A DNA stretch of 64,000 nucleotides, taken from the NCBI GenBank assembly GCA_964016885.1, contig OZ024747.1, positions 23,436,001-23,500,000 on the forward strand, read 5' to 3'. This document shows, one piece after another, positions 54,901 to 61,252 of this stretch; position 1 is the stretch's first letter; each line of letters begins with the position of its first letter. Below the pieces are notes generated by a model. It had not been told where the DNA came from, searched no databases, and worked only from the letters and a program-made list of their open reading frames with translations. Origin of the DNA: Eledone cirrhosa (taxonomy: Eukaryota). The position numbers and the translations under genes are program-made.

Positions 54901-57900
54901 TCAATGCAAATTGACAATGGAAAGGCGCTCCTGCACGAGTTAGAAGAGAACTATTGACCTTCAGGAGAAGCAGCGACCCCTGATTGTATTCAGCAACCGA
55001 AACAAATATGAAGTACACCAAATCCAATACTCCTCCTAGGGGTGGCACTGGTTCTTCTTATTTGCAAGTGTAAACTCGGCCAGATTAGATTAGATTAGAT
55101 ATTATGTACTGAGTTAAATCACATTAAGGTCAAATTTGCCTTTGATCCTTCCAGAGTTGATAAAATAAAGTACAATTTAAGTACTGTACCAATGTTAGAA
55201 GAAAAAAAATAATTTAATGTATTTCTTTATTTATAGCTCTGTCATTTGTTATTGAGAAACATTCTCAAACTATATTCTAGCAATCCATTTCTTCTGGACA
55301 TCTTTAGTTTCACAATTTTATACATTTAAAAAATTTTTATTTTGGAATGTGAGAGAGAGCACACAAATATATTACAGGTTGTTAAGAGTTATGAGACAAA
55401 GAAGAAAGATTAGACTAAATACTTTGTACTGTGGCAGTATTTTCAAGTGATATATTCTATATTGTGATATTTACTGTGCATCTTAACCCTTTAACATTTA
55501 CATTACTCTATCTTTACTATTGTATTTTCACAGTAAAGGCTTTATTTCACATAATATTGAATCTATGAGATTTTGATATTTATTTTGAGAACAATACCTT
55601 AACATTAGTATGAGTGGCTGGTTACAGCCAGTTTGGACAGAAAGATATGAGAGAATTCTGGCCGGATATGGCCAGTTTAAATGCTAAAGGGTTAAATACA
55701 AAAACCAAGAGTTTTAGACTCAAACAGAAAAATAAATTAGATGTGTTGTTAGAAATTATTTTTGGCTTGCCATATGAAGGTCGCCTGCACTTCGCTATTC
55801 ACATTGAGGATTTCTTTCCTAGCCACAAAACAGTTCTAAGCAAAGATCATCATCATCATCATTGTTTAACGTCCATCTTCCACACTGGCATGGGTTGGAC
55901 AGGATTGTCCCACTTGAGGCAAGATTGGTCGGGTGACGGTGTCTTGCTTGTACAGAACTGTTTCTGGCAGGTTTTCTACGGCTGGATACCCTTCTTAACA
56001 CCAACATTTACAGTGTGTACTGAGAGCTTTTTTACCGTGTCACCTGCATGACCACTTTACAGTGTGGACTGGGTGCTTTTTGTCATGTCACCTACACGAC
56101 CACTTTACAGTGTGGACTGGGTGCTTTTTGTCATGTCACCTACACGACCACTTTACAGTGTGGACTGGGTGCTTTTTGTCATGTCACCTATACGACCACT
56201 TTACAGTGTGGACTGGGTGCTTTTTGTCATGTCACCTATACGACCACTTTACAGTGTGGATGGGATGCTTTTTGTCGTGTCACCTACACGACCACTTTAC
56301 GGTGTGGACTGGGTGCTTTTTGTTGTGACACTTACACGACCACTGTACAGTGTGGATTAGATGTTCTGTGGTACCAACATAACTTTACAGAGACATGGTG
56401 ATGTGGATGGAAGTGGGAGAATGGGAATATATAATTAAAAAGATAAAACCAATTATAATTGATAAAATAATACAAAACTTTCCATTTACTACAGAGAATC
56501 TATTGTGAGCTGGAGAGCATAAAGTCAATGACTGCAAAGGAAGCCAAAGTTGCATATGTGAACATTGCAAAAGAGTTTCGAACTTATGGCTCAGTATTTT
56601 TTGAAATACAGGTAAAAGATAAAAATAATTACTAATGGCCAAGCAATGCATATCATAGTATGTTATACATAATTCATTAGCATCTTCTTCATCCACATAT
56701 TCCAGAGAGGGTTGTGGGGGCAGAGTCTTCAGACTCATCTACAATGTCCTATCAAATGTAATCATCTCCAAATGATTCCCCAAGTAAGACCACCAAGTTT
56801 ATGGTTGTTATCCAACCATCTTGTCATGGTTTACCTCTAGGTCTCCTGCCAGTTGGCTTTGCCCATAAAATCTTTCCTGTAATTCTTTCCTTAAACATTC
56901 TAACTGCATGTCCATAGTACTTAAGTTGTGGATAAGAAAAAAATGTTTTTTTATTTCTACTGTGCTATTAATATGTAATATTAATTACACCCATTTAAGT
57001 TTTGGAATCATATAGAGCTACAATATTCCTCTTAACTAGCCAAAGATTTCTCCACAAATTAATAAATTTTGATAACATAATCAATAATGTGTACTATGTG
57101 ACAAAATTTATTACATTTTAGTAAATCATCATCATCGTTTAACGTCTATCTTCCACGCTAGCATGGGTTAGACAGGAGTTGTCCCAATTTGAAGCAAGGT
57201 TGGTCCAGTGACCGTGTCTCGCTCATATAGGACTATCTGGCAGGTTTTCTACAGCCAGATGCCCTTCCTAACACCAACCACATTTATAGTGTGGACCACA
57301 TTTACAGATATTAAATACATTACCTGTCCTATAATATGTTGTGCAAGCCATCATGACTATGTAACATATTTTCCCAAGTCATTTTACCGTGCTTATATAA
57401 CAGAGAAAAAATAATCACTTTCTGTTACTATATATTTTTTCCCTCCAACACAGAGGTCAGAAAAGCCAAATTCTGAGCAACTTGCTATCAACAGACACGA
57501 AATTTTAATCATAGATCCAGTCACAAAGGTGAGTGTTGAGTTTATAATAAACTGTTCAATAGTAGAAAAGTGAACTTTGTTTTTCATCCTTTCATGTACC
57601 TATCCAGTACTGGGTCAATTCCTTCTCTATATCTCTTATATCTTTTTCTCACTCCTCTCTCTCACTTGTTCTGGCTCTCTGCACTCTAAGTTCAGGTTTA
57701 AAGTGCCAAGAAATATCATATGACTCTATAGTATCCCTACCTTTCCACTAGGAGTTATGGGTTCATATGTACATACATAGTGTGAACTGGCAGAGTTGTT
57801 AGAACCTCAGACAGAATGTTTGCGGCATTTGTTCCAGCTCCCTGTACTCAAATCTCACCAATGTAAACTTTGCCTTTCATCCTTCCAAGGTCGATAAAAA

Positions 57901-59833
57901 AAAATAGCAGTCCAGTACTGGGGTTGATTCTGCATCTATATCTCTTTCGCACTTCTTCCCTCTCACACACTGTCTCCTTCTGAGAAAGAAATCATCTGTG
58001 TTCAGACTTGATGGGCTCCACCAGCTTTAAAATGACCAAAACCTGCCATATGTCATGACGGTGCCCCTATGACTCCATCAGGATTTACAGGTTCATATAT
58101 ACTATGACTATTGCTTAATCCTTTTGAAACCAACACTTCTGAGACTATATATGGGGTCTAAGATACAAACTGCATGTTTTAAAGTAACTACATTTAAATG
58201 AAAATATTCAATCCTAATTTTATTTTAAGAACTTTTTGTTAAATTATATTCGCAACACCAGCTAAAGTTGTAACATATGAAACAATTTAGCAGAAAATGT
58301 CTAAAAACACGTTTGTTAATTTATATGTATATAGTATCTTTACTAGTGGACAGATCATTGTGAAAATTTTCAGTAAACTAAAGTAAAGGCTATAAATTTT
58401 AGTGTGATGCAAATATAGAATGTCTTGCTCACTCTGTTTCAGTAGTACAGGTCATTAAGTTAATAATGAAAGAGTTAGTTATTTTTCCAAGATTCCACCA
58501 AATTATTTCTAACACATAGTGTATTTCAATCACAATATGGTCATGGAAGCGATCAGAGTATTTCTACTTCTAGTAATGATCTCAAGAATTTGAAGTTAAT
58601 TTTCTTCTATTTTCAGGAAACCGTCAGTTCCTTCAATTATCAACAACTAAGAAATTGGATTTATGATACTGGCAAAGTCACCTTCTTTATCGATACTGAA
58701 AACTCATCTCAGGAAAAGATTTACTTTGAAATAGACAGAGTAAGTAGATCTTTCCAGTATTATATCATCAATGGTGTGCGAGTGTATGAAATGATTAAAT
58801 GAGTGAAAGAAAGATGATTTGTATTTTGTTGTTTTTGCTGTAATGGGGTGAAAGATTGAAATGCCAGAGGGGACCCAAAATAACTGACAGCATAGAACTC
58901 CAGCCATGGGTTAATATGGCCTTACTTTTGAGACAAAAATTCTGTAATAGATTCTTGTAAGAACCTTTTGCTAAGGTTTATGAAATCAGTCTTAATTCAT
59001 AATTATTTTAGAATTTAACGCATATGTTTAAATACATAGAGATGCCATTTAGTTATGAAAGAATTAGGGTGTTTTAATGGGAAATAATAAGATTTTGAAA
59101 TGATCTTATAGTGAAGCCAGCTACAAATTTCAGATGAAATCAGTGTTTGGGGGGGGGGGGTCCCAACACCGTCAAAATTGAGGTGATGTCATAAACTTGT
59201 GCACCTTTCAATCTTTAAATCATTATTATTATCATTTAGCATCCCTTTTCCCTGCTAGAAAAAGTTGGACATGTCATCACAAACTGACCTCCATGTGGGT
59301 CAGGGACCCAACATACAAACCCATGCTCTGTTGAATGCTTTTTATCATGGCACAACACAAAACAACAGAAGTTGTCATGTCCTTGACACAGATGAAGAGT
59401 GCCCACAATCCTTTGTTTGGCAGGTTTTCTATGATTGGATGCGCTTCCTATCATCAACCACTTTAGAAGGTGTATTGGATGTGTTTAGTGTGTAGATTTC
59501 CAATACCAGGGAGGTTGTCAAGTCTAGAACACAACTAATGAGTCCTCTTGACCCTTTGTTTAGCAAGTTTTCCATGGGTAGATGCCCTTCCTACTATCAA
59601 GAACTTTGCAGAGTGTACTGGGTGCATTTATCATGTAGCTCACCAATTCTAGAGAGGTTGATCTGAAATGAAAAAATATTAAAATTTTAATTCTAACATT
59701 ATTTTTTCTCTTCTAGTTTCAGGGTGAGCTCTTGGATGACTTAATCATCTCAAATATAGAGTTTTCTCTTAACTCCAAATTAAAGAATCTCCATGGATTT
59801 TCAAGTGCTAAAATTGGAGAAACACATTGCTAA
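6730..59833 (+). CDS. MYO7A-like: Spliced gene, 27 coding exons, about 1239 aa, myosin-VII-like tail protein (MyTH4-FERM-SH3-MyTH4-FERM); no motor domain seen in window
   Basis: Exons join through GT-AG introns with matching phases into one open frame ending TAA at 59831-59833. Motifs match the myosin VIIa tail: [102 protein letters not shown]. Confidence 0.9.
7176..7368. mobile_element. Tc1/mariner-type MITE, diverged
   Basis: cagggttggccagaattcatgactcgctt versus aagtgagttatgaattctggcccactg; TA flanks. Confidence 0.6.
7430..8376 (+). mobile_element. Helitron remnant with PIF1-type helicase C-terminus (about 7900-8240)
   Basis: [40 protein letters not shown]...[13 protein letters not shown]...TKNLVY; 3' end CTAG|T at 8373-8377. 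The 5' boundary is approximate. Confidence 0.8.
9542..9730 (+). mobile_element. Full-length young tRNA-derived SINE (family A, about 190 bp); many copies, e.g. 4645-5690 cluster, 23067, 23786, 34745, 36798, 43381, 54005, 62112, 62410
   Basis: Box A tggcagtatcgg, box B gagttcaaatcc, 3' end gtagaaacaattatt; near-identical copies on both strands, several with TSDs. Confidence 0.9.
10128..10428. mobile_element. Diverged fold-back element with arms of about 90 bp
   Basis: gggagtgtcatgctgc...taattaatccattct versus agaatagattagtta...gcaacatgaccctccc; hammerhead-like motif in the spacer (minus strand, about 10247-10291). Confidence 0.55.
10955..11525. mobile_element. Fold-back element whose right arm is interrupted by a truncated SINE (11356-11449)
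   Basis: Arm 10955-11037 is mirrored by 11336-11355 plus 11450-11525; TSD atattaataat at 11345-11355 and 11450-11460. Confidence 0.7.
11841..12062 (+). CDS. MYO7A-like: Coding exon 2 (VYASVHN...[10 protein letters not shown]...KSVHL), pre-MyTH4
   Basis: tttcag|GTA...TTG|gtaaat, phase 0/0; resembles Myo7 FAKFAATYFQ...RPLKQPLL. Confidence 0.88.
12155..12282. repeat. 128-bp spacerless palindrome
   Basis: Centre at 12218/12219 (aaaa|tttt), one mismatch; the right arm continues into a repeat related to 30200-30295. Confidence 0.9.
13068..13519 (-). mobile_element. RTE-clade LINE 3' fragment with internal inversion
   Basis: Plus strand 13163-13519 reads [14 protein letters not shown]...RRLRLAGH...RGRPRLTY...DMAAI; minus strand 13155-13081 continues [15 protein letters not shown]...PP* into a (TAGA)n tail. 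Confidence 0.85.
13518..14300. repeat. Long compound (TA)n/(TACA)n microsatellite (others at 532-592, 836-897, 12360-12727, 12890-13065, 25460-26082, 30960-31030)
   Basis: Direct reading. Confidence 0.97.
15586..15669 (+). CDS. MYO7A-like: Coding exon 3 ([28 protein letters not shown]), MyTH4-1
   Basis: ctgcag|GCA...GAC|gtatgc, phase 0/0; matches AALAVWITILRFMGDLP. Confidence 0.92.
15819..16124. mobile_element. hAT-type MITE
   Basis: TIRs caggggtgtgcaac / gttgcacgtccctg; perfect 8-bp TSD ttatatat. Confidence 0.85.
16610..16781. mobile_element. Tc1/pogo-type MITE (second copy at 43763-43938)
   Basis: TIRs ccgtatttcccggcg..gaagacgct; TA TSD; two copies in window. Confidence 0.85.
17656..17751 (+). 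CDS. MYO7A-like: Coding exon 4 ([16 protein letters not shown]...KYTEM), MyTH4-1 insert
   Basis: ttcaag|AGC...ATG|gtgagt, phase 0/0, open frame. Confidence 0.75.
18290..18402 (+). CDS. MYO7A-like: Coding exon 5 (VEYPNAD...[19 protein letters not shown])
   Basis: aaacag|GTA...AG|gtaagt, phase 0/2; matches LEKLHFIIGNGILRPALR. Confidence 0.88.
20690..21165 (-). mobile_element. 3' fragment of a CRE-like non-LTR retrotransposon
   Basis: Minus frames [27 protein letters not shown] and [11 protein letters not shown], typical of the CRE-type RLE C-terminus; pyrimidine-rich 3' UTR. Confidence 0.7.
21235..21352 (+). CDS. MYO7A-like: Coding exon 6 ([27 protein letters not shown]...PTET), MyTH4-1 core
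   Basis: atacag|G...ACA|gtatgt, phase 2/0; canonical MyTH4 DEIYCQ..KQ...NP...RGW motif. Confidence 0.95.
22711..22839 (+). CDS. MYO7A-like: Coding exon 7 ([11 protein letters not shown]...[14 protein letters not shown]), end of MyTH4-1
   Basis: caacag|CTT...CAG|gtaagc, phase 0/0; MyTH4 terminal GxRxxPP motif. Confidence 0.95.
22924..23308. mobile_element. Tc1/mariner-type MITE with nested SINE (23067-23249)
   Basis: TIRs cagggtggtccgaaagtctt; TA TSD; SINE flanked by caaaaaataat-type duplication. Confidence 0.85.
24206..24379 (+). CDS. MYO7A-like: Coding exon 8 ([17 protein letters not shown]...[11 protein letters not shown]), FERM-1 N-lobe
   Basis: ttccag|GCC...AAG|gtaaga, phase 0/0; matches KPIMLPVTFMDG...GFSLYIALFDK. 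Confidence 0.95.
24645..24680 (-). ncRNA. Minimal hammerhead motif in a dispersed Penelope-like repeat (homologues at 10625-10660 and 48994-49029)
   Basis: TCTT-CTGATGA-AAGAC(TGGT)GTCC-GAAA-CG-TT-AAGA; three diverged copies share flanks (aaaggtaaacagaaataac...agaatgagaaataa). Confidence 0.65.
26175..27521. mobile_element. Penelope-like fold-back element; inverted arms 26175-26752 and 26974-27521, each with a hammerhead
   Basis: Arms are near-perfect reverse complements, as shown by the mirrored ORFs at 26194 (+) and 27502 (-). Confidence 0.75.
27414..27474 (+). ncRNA. Hammerhead ribozyme motif (mirror copy at 26222-26282, minus strand)
   Basis: TATTTTAT-CTGATGA-AAGCGTACCAAA(GT)TTTGGTACCCTT-GAAA-TATATA-TA-ATAGAATA: 8-bp stem I with one GU pair, long stem II, palindromic stem III. 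Confidence 0.8.
27907..28167 (+). pseudogene. C-terminal GIY-YIG endonuclease fragment of a Penelope-like element
   Basis: Reads [23 protein letters not shown]...SSFTKH...[18 protein letters not shown]...*, i.e. CxxC-YVG-T-R-L--R--EH--H--E--N. No ATG, so it is absent from the ORF track. Confidence 0.88.
28591..28625 (+). ncRNA. Hammerhead-like motif with CCGAAGA core (mirror at 27675-27709, minus)
   Basis: CCT-CCGAAGA-A-G(T/A)GAT(ATT)ATCTC-GAAA-AT-TA-AGG; stem II is perfect in the minus copy. Confidence 0.6.
28875..29642 (-). mobile_element. Penelope-like fold-back element (arms 28955-29134 and 29463-29642); same family as 40445-40736
   Basis: 180-bp inverted arms with hammerhead-like motifs at 28998-29044 (-) and 29553-29599 (+). 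The segment attaccagtaag..tagctcaatgtaa is shared with the 40.4 kb copy. Confidence 0.7.
28998..29044 (-). ncRNA. Hammerhead-like motif with CCGAAGA core
   Basis: TGCT-CCGAAGA-CTCCAAGCCTAGGCTTGGAA-GAAA-CAATTG-TC-AGCA. Confidence 0.7.
29744..29773 (-). ncRNA. Minimal hammerhead motif in a Penelope-like remnant (about 29660-30060)
   Basis: CTGATGA-A-GGGC(TTAT)GCCC-GAAA-CG-TC; stem I poorly supported. Confidence 0.55.
33225..33269 (-). ncRNA. Hammerhead ribozyme, array unit 1
   Basis: Exact reverse complement of 34366-34410. Confidence 0.9.
33692..33736 (-). ncRNA. Hammerhead ribozyme, array unit 2
   Basis: Exact reverse complement of 34366-34410, 467 bp from unit 1. Confidence 0.9.
34159..34203 (-). 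ncRNA. Hammerhead ribozyme, array unit 3
   Basis: Exact reverse complement of 34366-34410, 467 bp from unit 2. Confidence 0.9.
34366..34410 (+). ncRNA. Minimal type I hammerhead ribozyme, canonical core
   Basis: AATATTG-CTGATGA-GTTGT(AACA)ACAAC-GAAA-CTAG-TT-CAATATT: 7-bp stem I, 5-bp stem II, palindromic stem III, GUU cleavage triplet. Confidence 0.9.
35382..35606 (+). CDS. MYO7A-like: Coding exon 9 ([13 protein letters not shown]...[14 protein letters not shown]...EEYPLE), FERM-1
   Basis: ttgcag|ATT...GAG|gtaggt, phase 0/0; matches ERNAPWRLFFRKEVFTPW. Confidence 0.93.
37141..37547 (+). CDS. MYO7A-like: Coding exon 10 ([13 protein letters not shown]...INLRKKG), FERM-1 central and C-lobe
   Basis: cttcag|GAA...GG|gtgaga, phase 0/2, 407-nt open frame with FERM features (FSRLYEI). 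Confidence 0.9.
37772..38223 (+). mobile_element. Non-autonomous Helitron-like element (second copy minus strand at about 61665-62390, with a SINE inserted)
   Basis: A|TC at 37771-37773 and CTAG|T at 38220-38224; long reverse-complement similarity to 61665-62380. Confidence 0.7.
39035..39350 (-). mobile_element. 3' fragment of an RTE/BovB-like LINE
   Basis: [21 protein letters not shown]...WSTLADD..W...INHAVSIFE, then degenerate knuckle IGLNS.EHAC; (TGA)n-like tail. Confidence 0.7.
40072..40223 (+). CDS. MYO7A-like: Coding exon 11 ([10 protein letters not shown]...[17 protein letters not shown]..), end of FERM-1 and start of SH3
   Basis: acacag|T...G|gtaaga, phase 2/1; matches TFLEGLRKRSKYVVAL. 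Confidence 0.88.
40445..40736 (-). mobile_element. Short Penelope-like insertion with perfect 46-bp inverted end (40522-40567 and 40691-40736)
   Basis: Perfect inverted repeat plus hammerhead-like motif; homologous to 28875-29642. Confidence 0.65.
40566..40612 (-). ncRNA. Hammerhead-like motif with CCGATGA core
   Basis: TGCT-CCGATGA-TTCCAGACATTTGCCTGGTA-GAAA-CGATCG-TC-AGCA; same geometry as 28998-29044. Confidence 0.7.
40803..41103. mobile_element. hAT-type MITE
   Basis: Perfect 15-bp TIRs cagcagttgccaacc; 8-bp TSD ggttagac/agttagac. Confidence 0.85.
41788..41978 (+). CDS. MYO7A-like: Coding exon 12 ([18 protein letters not shown]...[14 protein letters not shown]..), degenerate SH3
   Basis: catcag|AG...TTG|gtaagt, phase 1/0; matches LSFAKGDLIIL...RGDFP..VYVMPT. 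Confidence 0.9.
42416..42637. mobile_element. piggyBac-type MITE (other copies at about 20101-20319, 45549-45756 and 55487-55691)
   Basis: TTAA TSD, CCCTTTAG...CTAAAGGG ends, shared internal sequence in four copies. Confidence 0.85.
43633..43733 (+). CDS. MYO7A-like: Coding exon 13 (NILASYLK...[12 protein letters not shown])
   Basis: tttcag|AAT...CA|gtaagt, phase 0/2; matches YTLEEFSYDYFR. Confidence 0.85.
44075..44673. mobile_element. Fold-back/MITE with imperfect TIRs of about 65 bp and a nested truncated SINE
   Basis: aatattcgtaaaattt..cagcgcagaag..cagctg mirrored at 44606-44673; SINE at 44270-44360 with 17-bp TSD caatattatagcgcaga. Confidence 0.65.
44675..45003 (+). mobile_element. tRNA-derived SINE (family B) with (TGA)n tail; inverted homologue at 38653-38990; related heads at 21590, 46303 and 54663
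   Basis: tggcttagtggttagagc...gagttcaattc head, conserved tccttgagcaagacacttt core, ggaagggcatccagctgtagaaa and atgatgatg tail. Confidence 0.85.
45353..45516 (+). CDS. MYO7A-like: Coding exon 14 (APESGV...[15 protein letters not shown]...ACKIFH), start of MyTH4-2
   Basis: ttccag|A...G|gtgaga, phase 2/1; matches WSHTREPLKQALLKK. Confidence 0.92.
46155..46249 (+). CDS. MYO7A-like: Coding exon 15 (AILTYMED...[11 protein letters not shown])
   Basis: ttacag|CA...AAT|gtaagt, phase 1/0; matches AVLKYMGD...TDQIFE. Confidence 0.92.
46805..47010 (+). mobile_element. RTE-like LINE remnant (related minus-strand remnant at about 52210-52430)
   Basis: [38 protein letters not shown]...GKCHKGR. Confidence 0.65.
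47402..47463 (+). CDS. MYO7A-like: Coding exon 16 ([21 protein letters not shown])
   Basis: gaacag|AAA...GC|gtaagt, phase 0/2; MyTH4 core. Confidence 0.93.
48614..48766 (+). CDS. MYO7A-like: Coding exon 17 ([19 protein letters not shown]...[11 protein letters not shown])
   Basis: aaacag|A...GT|gtaagt, phase 2/2; matches RGWELLWLCTGLFPP. Confidence 0.92.
49122..49230 (+). CDS. MYO7A-like: Coding exon 18 ([12 protein letters not shown]...SDSSHL), end of MyTH4-2
   Basis: atacag|G...CTG|gtatgg, phase 2/0; matches NGSRKYPPHLVE. Confidence 0.92.
49878..49992 (+). CDS. MYO7A-like: Coding exon 19 ([34 protein letters not shown]..), FERM-2
   Basis: ttacag|AAA...G|gtaagc, phase 0/1; matches FEVESSTKAKDFC...GFSLFVK. 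Confidence 0.92.
50652..50744 (+). CDS. MYO7A-like: Coding exon 20 ([16 protein letters not shown]...KDK)
   Basis: ccacag|TT...T|gtaagt, phase 1/1; matches VISVPENDFFFDFVRH. Confidence 0.88.
51980..52068 (+). CDS. MYO7A-like: Coding exon 21 ([12 protein letters not shown]...ADAIFSYNQ)
   Basis: tttcag|CA...CAG|gtgggg, phase 1/0; matches FFMKKLW...ADSIFHYYQ. Confidence 0.93.
53310..53428 (+). CDS. MYO7A-like: Coding exon 22 ([13 protein letters not shown]...LSALIFK...TFR)
   Basis: tcacag|GAC...AG|gtaact, phase 0/2; matches ELPKYLRGYHKC. Confidence 0.92.
53458..53872. repeat. Compound minisatellite of about 20 bp with higher-order pattern
   Basis: Variants tactatggccatatcttctg, tactaccatgaaatctttgg and gatatctatagcaatatcttcca alternate. 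Confidence 0.9.
54469..54526 (+). CDS. MYO7A-like: Coding exon 23 ([19 protein letters not shown])
   Basis: tttaag|G...AAG|gtaata, phase 2/0; matches ELVPQDLI...DDWKR. Confidence 0.85.
56050..56356. repeat. 48-bp minisatellite, about 6.3 copies, derived from a SINE body segment
   Basis: Unit accactttacagtgtggactgggtgctttttgtcatgtcacctacacg, similar to the single-copy segment at 38761-38820. Confidence 0.9.
56495..56611 (+). CDS. MYO7A-like: Coding exon 24 (RIYCELE...EAKVAYV...[10 protein letters not shown])
   Basis: ctacag|AGA...CAG|gtaaaa, phase 0/0; matches EAKLAFL...TFGSAFFEVK. Confidence 0.93.
57454..57528 (+). CDS. MYO7A-like: Coding exon 25 ([25 protein letters not shown])
   Basis: acacag|AGG...AAG|gtgagt, phase 0/0; matches IAINKYGVSLIDPKTK. 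Confidence 0.92.
58617..58739 (+). CDS. MYO7A-like: Coding exon 26 ([14 protein letters not shown]...KIYFEIDR)
   Basis: tttcag|GAA...AGA|gtaagt, phase 0/0; FERM C-lobe. Confidence 0.9.
59717..59833 (+). CDS. MYO7A-like: Coding exon 27, terminal ([16 protein letters not shown]...GETHC*)
   Basis: ttctag|TTT, with an alternative in-frame acceptor at 59722; TAA at 59831-59833; matches GYKMDDLLTSYI. Confidence 0.9.
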   Translation, partial: FQGELLDDLIISNIEFSLNSKLKNLHGFSSAKIGETHC

Positions 59834-61194
59834 CAACCATTAAGCACTTCATCTTTTACATATTTTGTATTCTGTATCAAACATCTAAAATGTGGGGAAA
59901 AAAGTCTGAACCAGAGTTTGTTAGAAGTGTGTGGATAACTATACAATCAATAAGGGATATCTGATTGTTTATTGATTATTCTACAGAGCTTCAATGTATT
60001 CACTATATTTGATCATAAGGGATATCTGATTGATTATTCTACAGAGCTTCAATGTAATCACAGTATTTGATCATATGAAAATTAACATATTGTACAAACC
60101 TAATTTTAATTTGAAATTATGCCTACATGTACACAATACACTCAAAGATAGTACTATGTTTATGCACATATACACTCACTCATTTTTTTAAGACCAGTGC
60201 ATTAATACACAGACGCAGGCATGTACTCTAACTATTCTATCAATCCACTACCCTGAAAATGTATTGCAGTTTACATGATGCTTCTCAGGGTAGGCAACAA
60301 ATTAGCATTTGTTTGGTGGGTAAAGGGCCTTAACTCCTGATGGAGTTGTAGCGGAGCTGTCTTGGGCATTTTAAACCTGGTGGAGCTCATCCCTCTTCTG
60401 GTAGAACACAGCAAATTTCTTCCTGAAAAGGAATTGACTCTTGTACTGGATTGGCAAGGATGAAAAGCAATGTTGACCCCAGCAAGATTTGAACTTACAG
60501 TGCAGTGAGCTAGAACAAATACCAAGGCAATCTAACACCCTAATCACTGTCAGATCTGCAACTTATAGCATTTTGTCCTCTGCTCTAATAAATGTTATGC
60601 CATATTTGTTCCAGCCCTCTGTGCTTTCAGTTCAAATCACACCAAGGTCAATTTTGCCTTTCATCCTTTCAGGTCTTCTTCTCCCCCCACTTATTTCTGT
60701 GAGGGTTGTGGGGCCAAAGTCTTCTAGTATGCCTTTGAGTGAGTCCTATCAGAAGCAACCATCTCCAATTGATCTGGTTGGATCCTACTTAACATGAGCA
60801 TCCAGCACAACCTTAGGTAGAGGGATCCGTTGGAAAAACATATTGCAGTCGCCACCCAACGCTACAAAAACTGGCGATGGGCCTGCGACCTGTCCTGGGA
60901 GGTGTGGGATCGAGGATATGTATCCTGAAACCCTGGAGAGGATCCAAAACGGAGCAAACTTTGCAGAGTTAATAAATAAAATATCAGTTGATTGGTGGAA
61001 TTGTTAGACCATTGGATGGGATACCTTGTAGTATTTGATCTGGCTTTTGACATTCTGAGTTCAAATCCTGCCGTGGTCTACTTAGTAGGTAGATTTTTAT
61101 ACATTGCCTGGATTAACACCACTACTTGGCTTTCTTATCTGCTGCAAGCATTCAATCAAAGTCTCAATTTTGAGAACATCTCCCACTACTCATA

Positions 61195-61252
<58 letters not shown>

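Noticed and set aside
56048-56401. Cys/His-rich repeat ORFs resembling zinc fingers
   Set aside because: 48-bp SINE-derived minisatellite open in all three frames, inside an intron.
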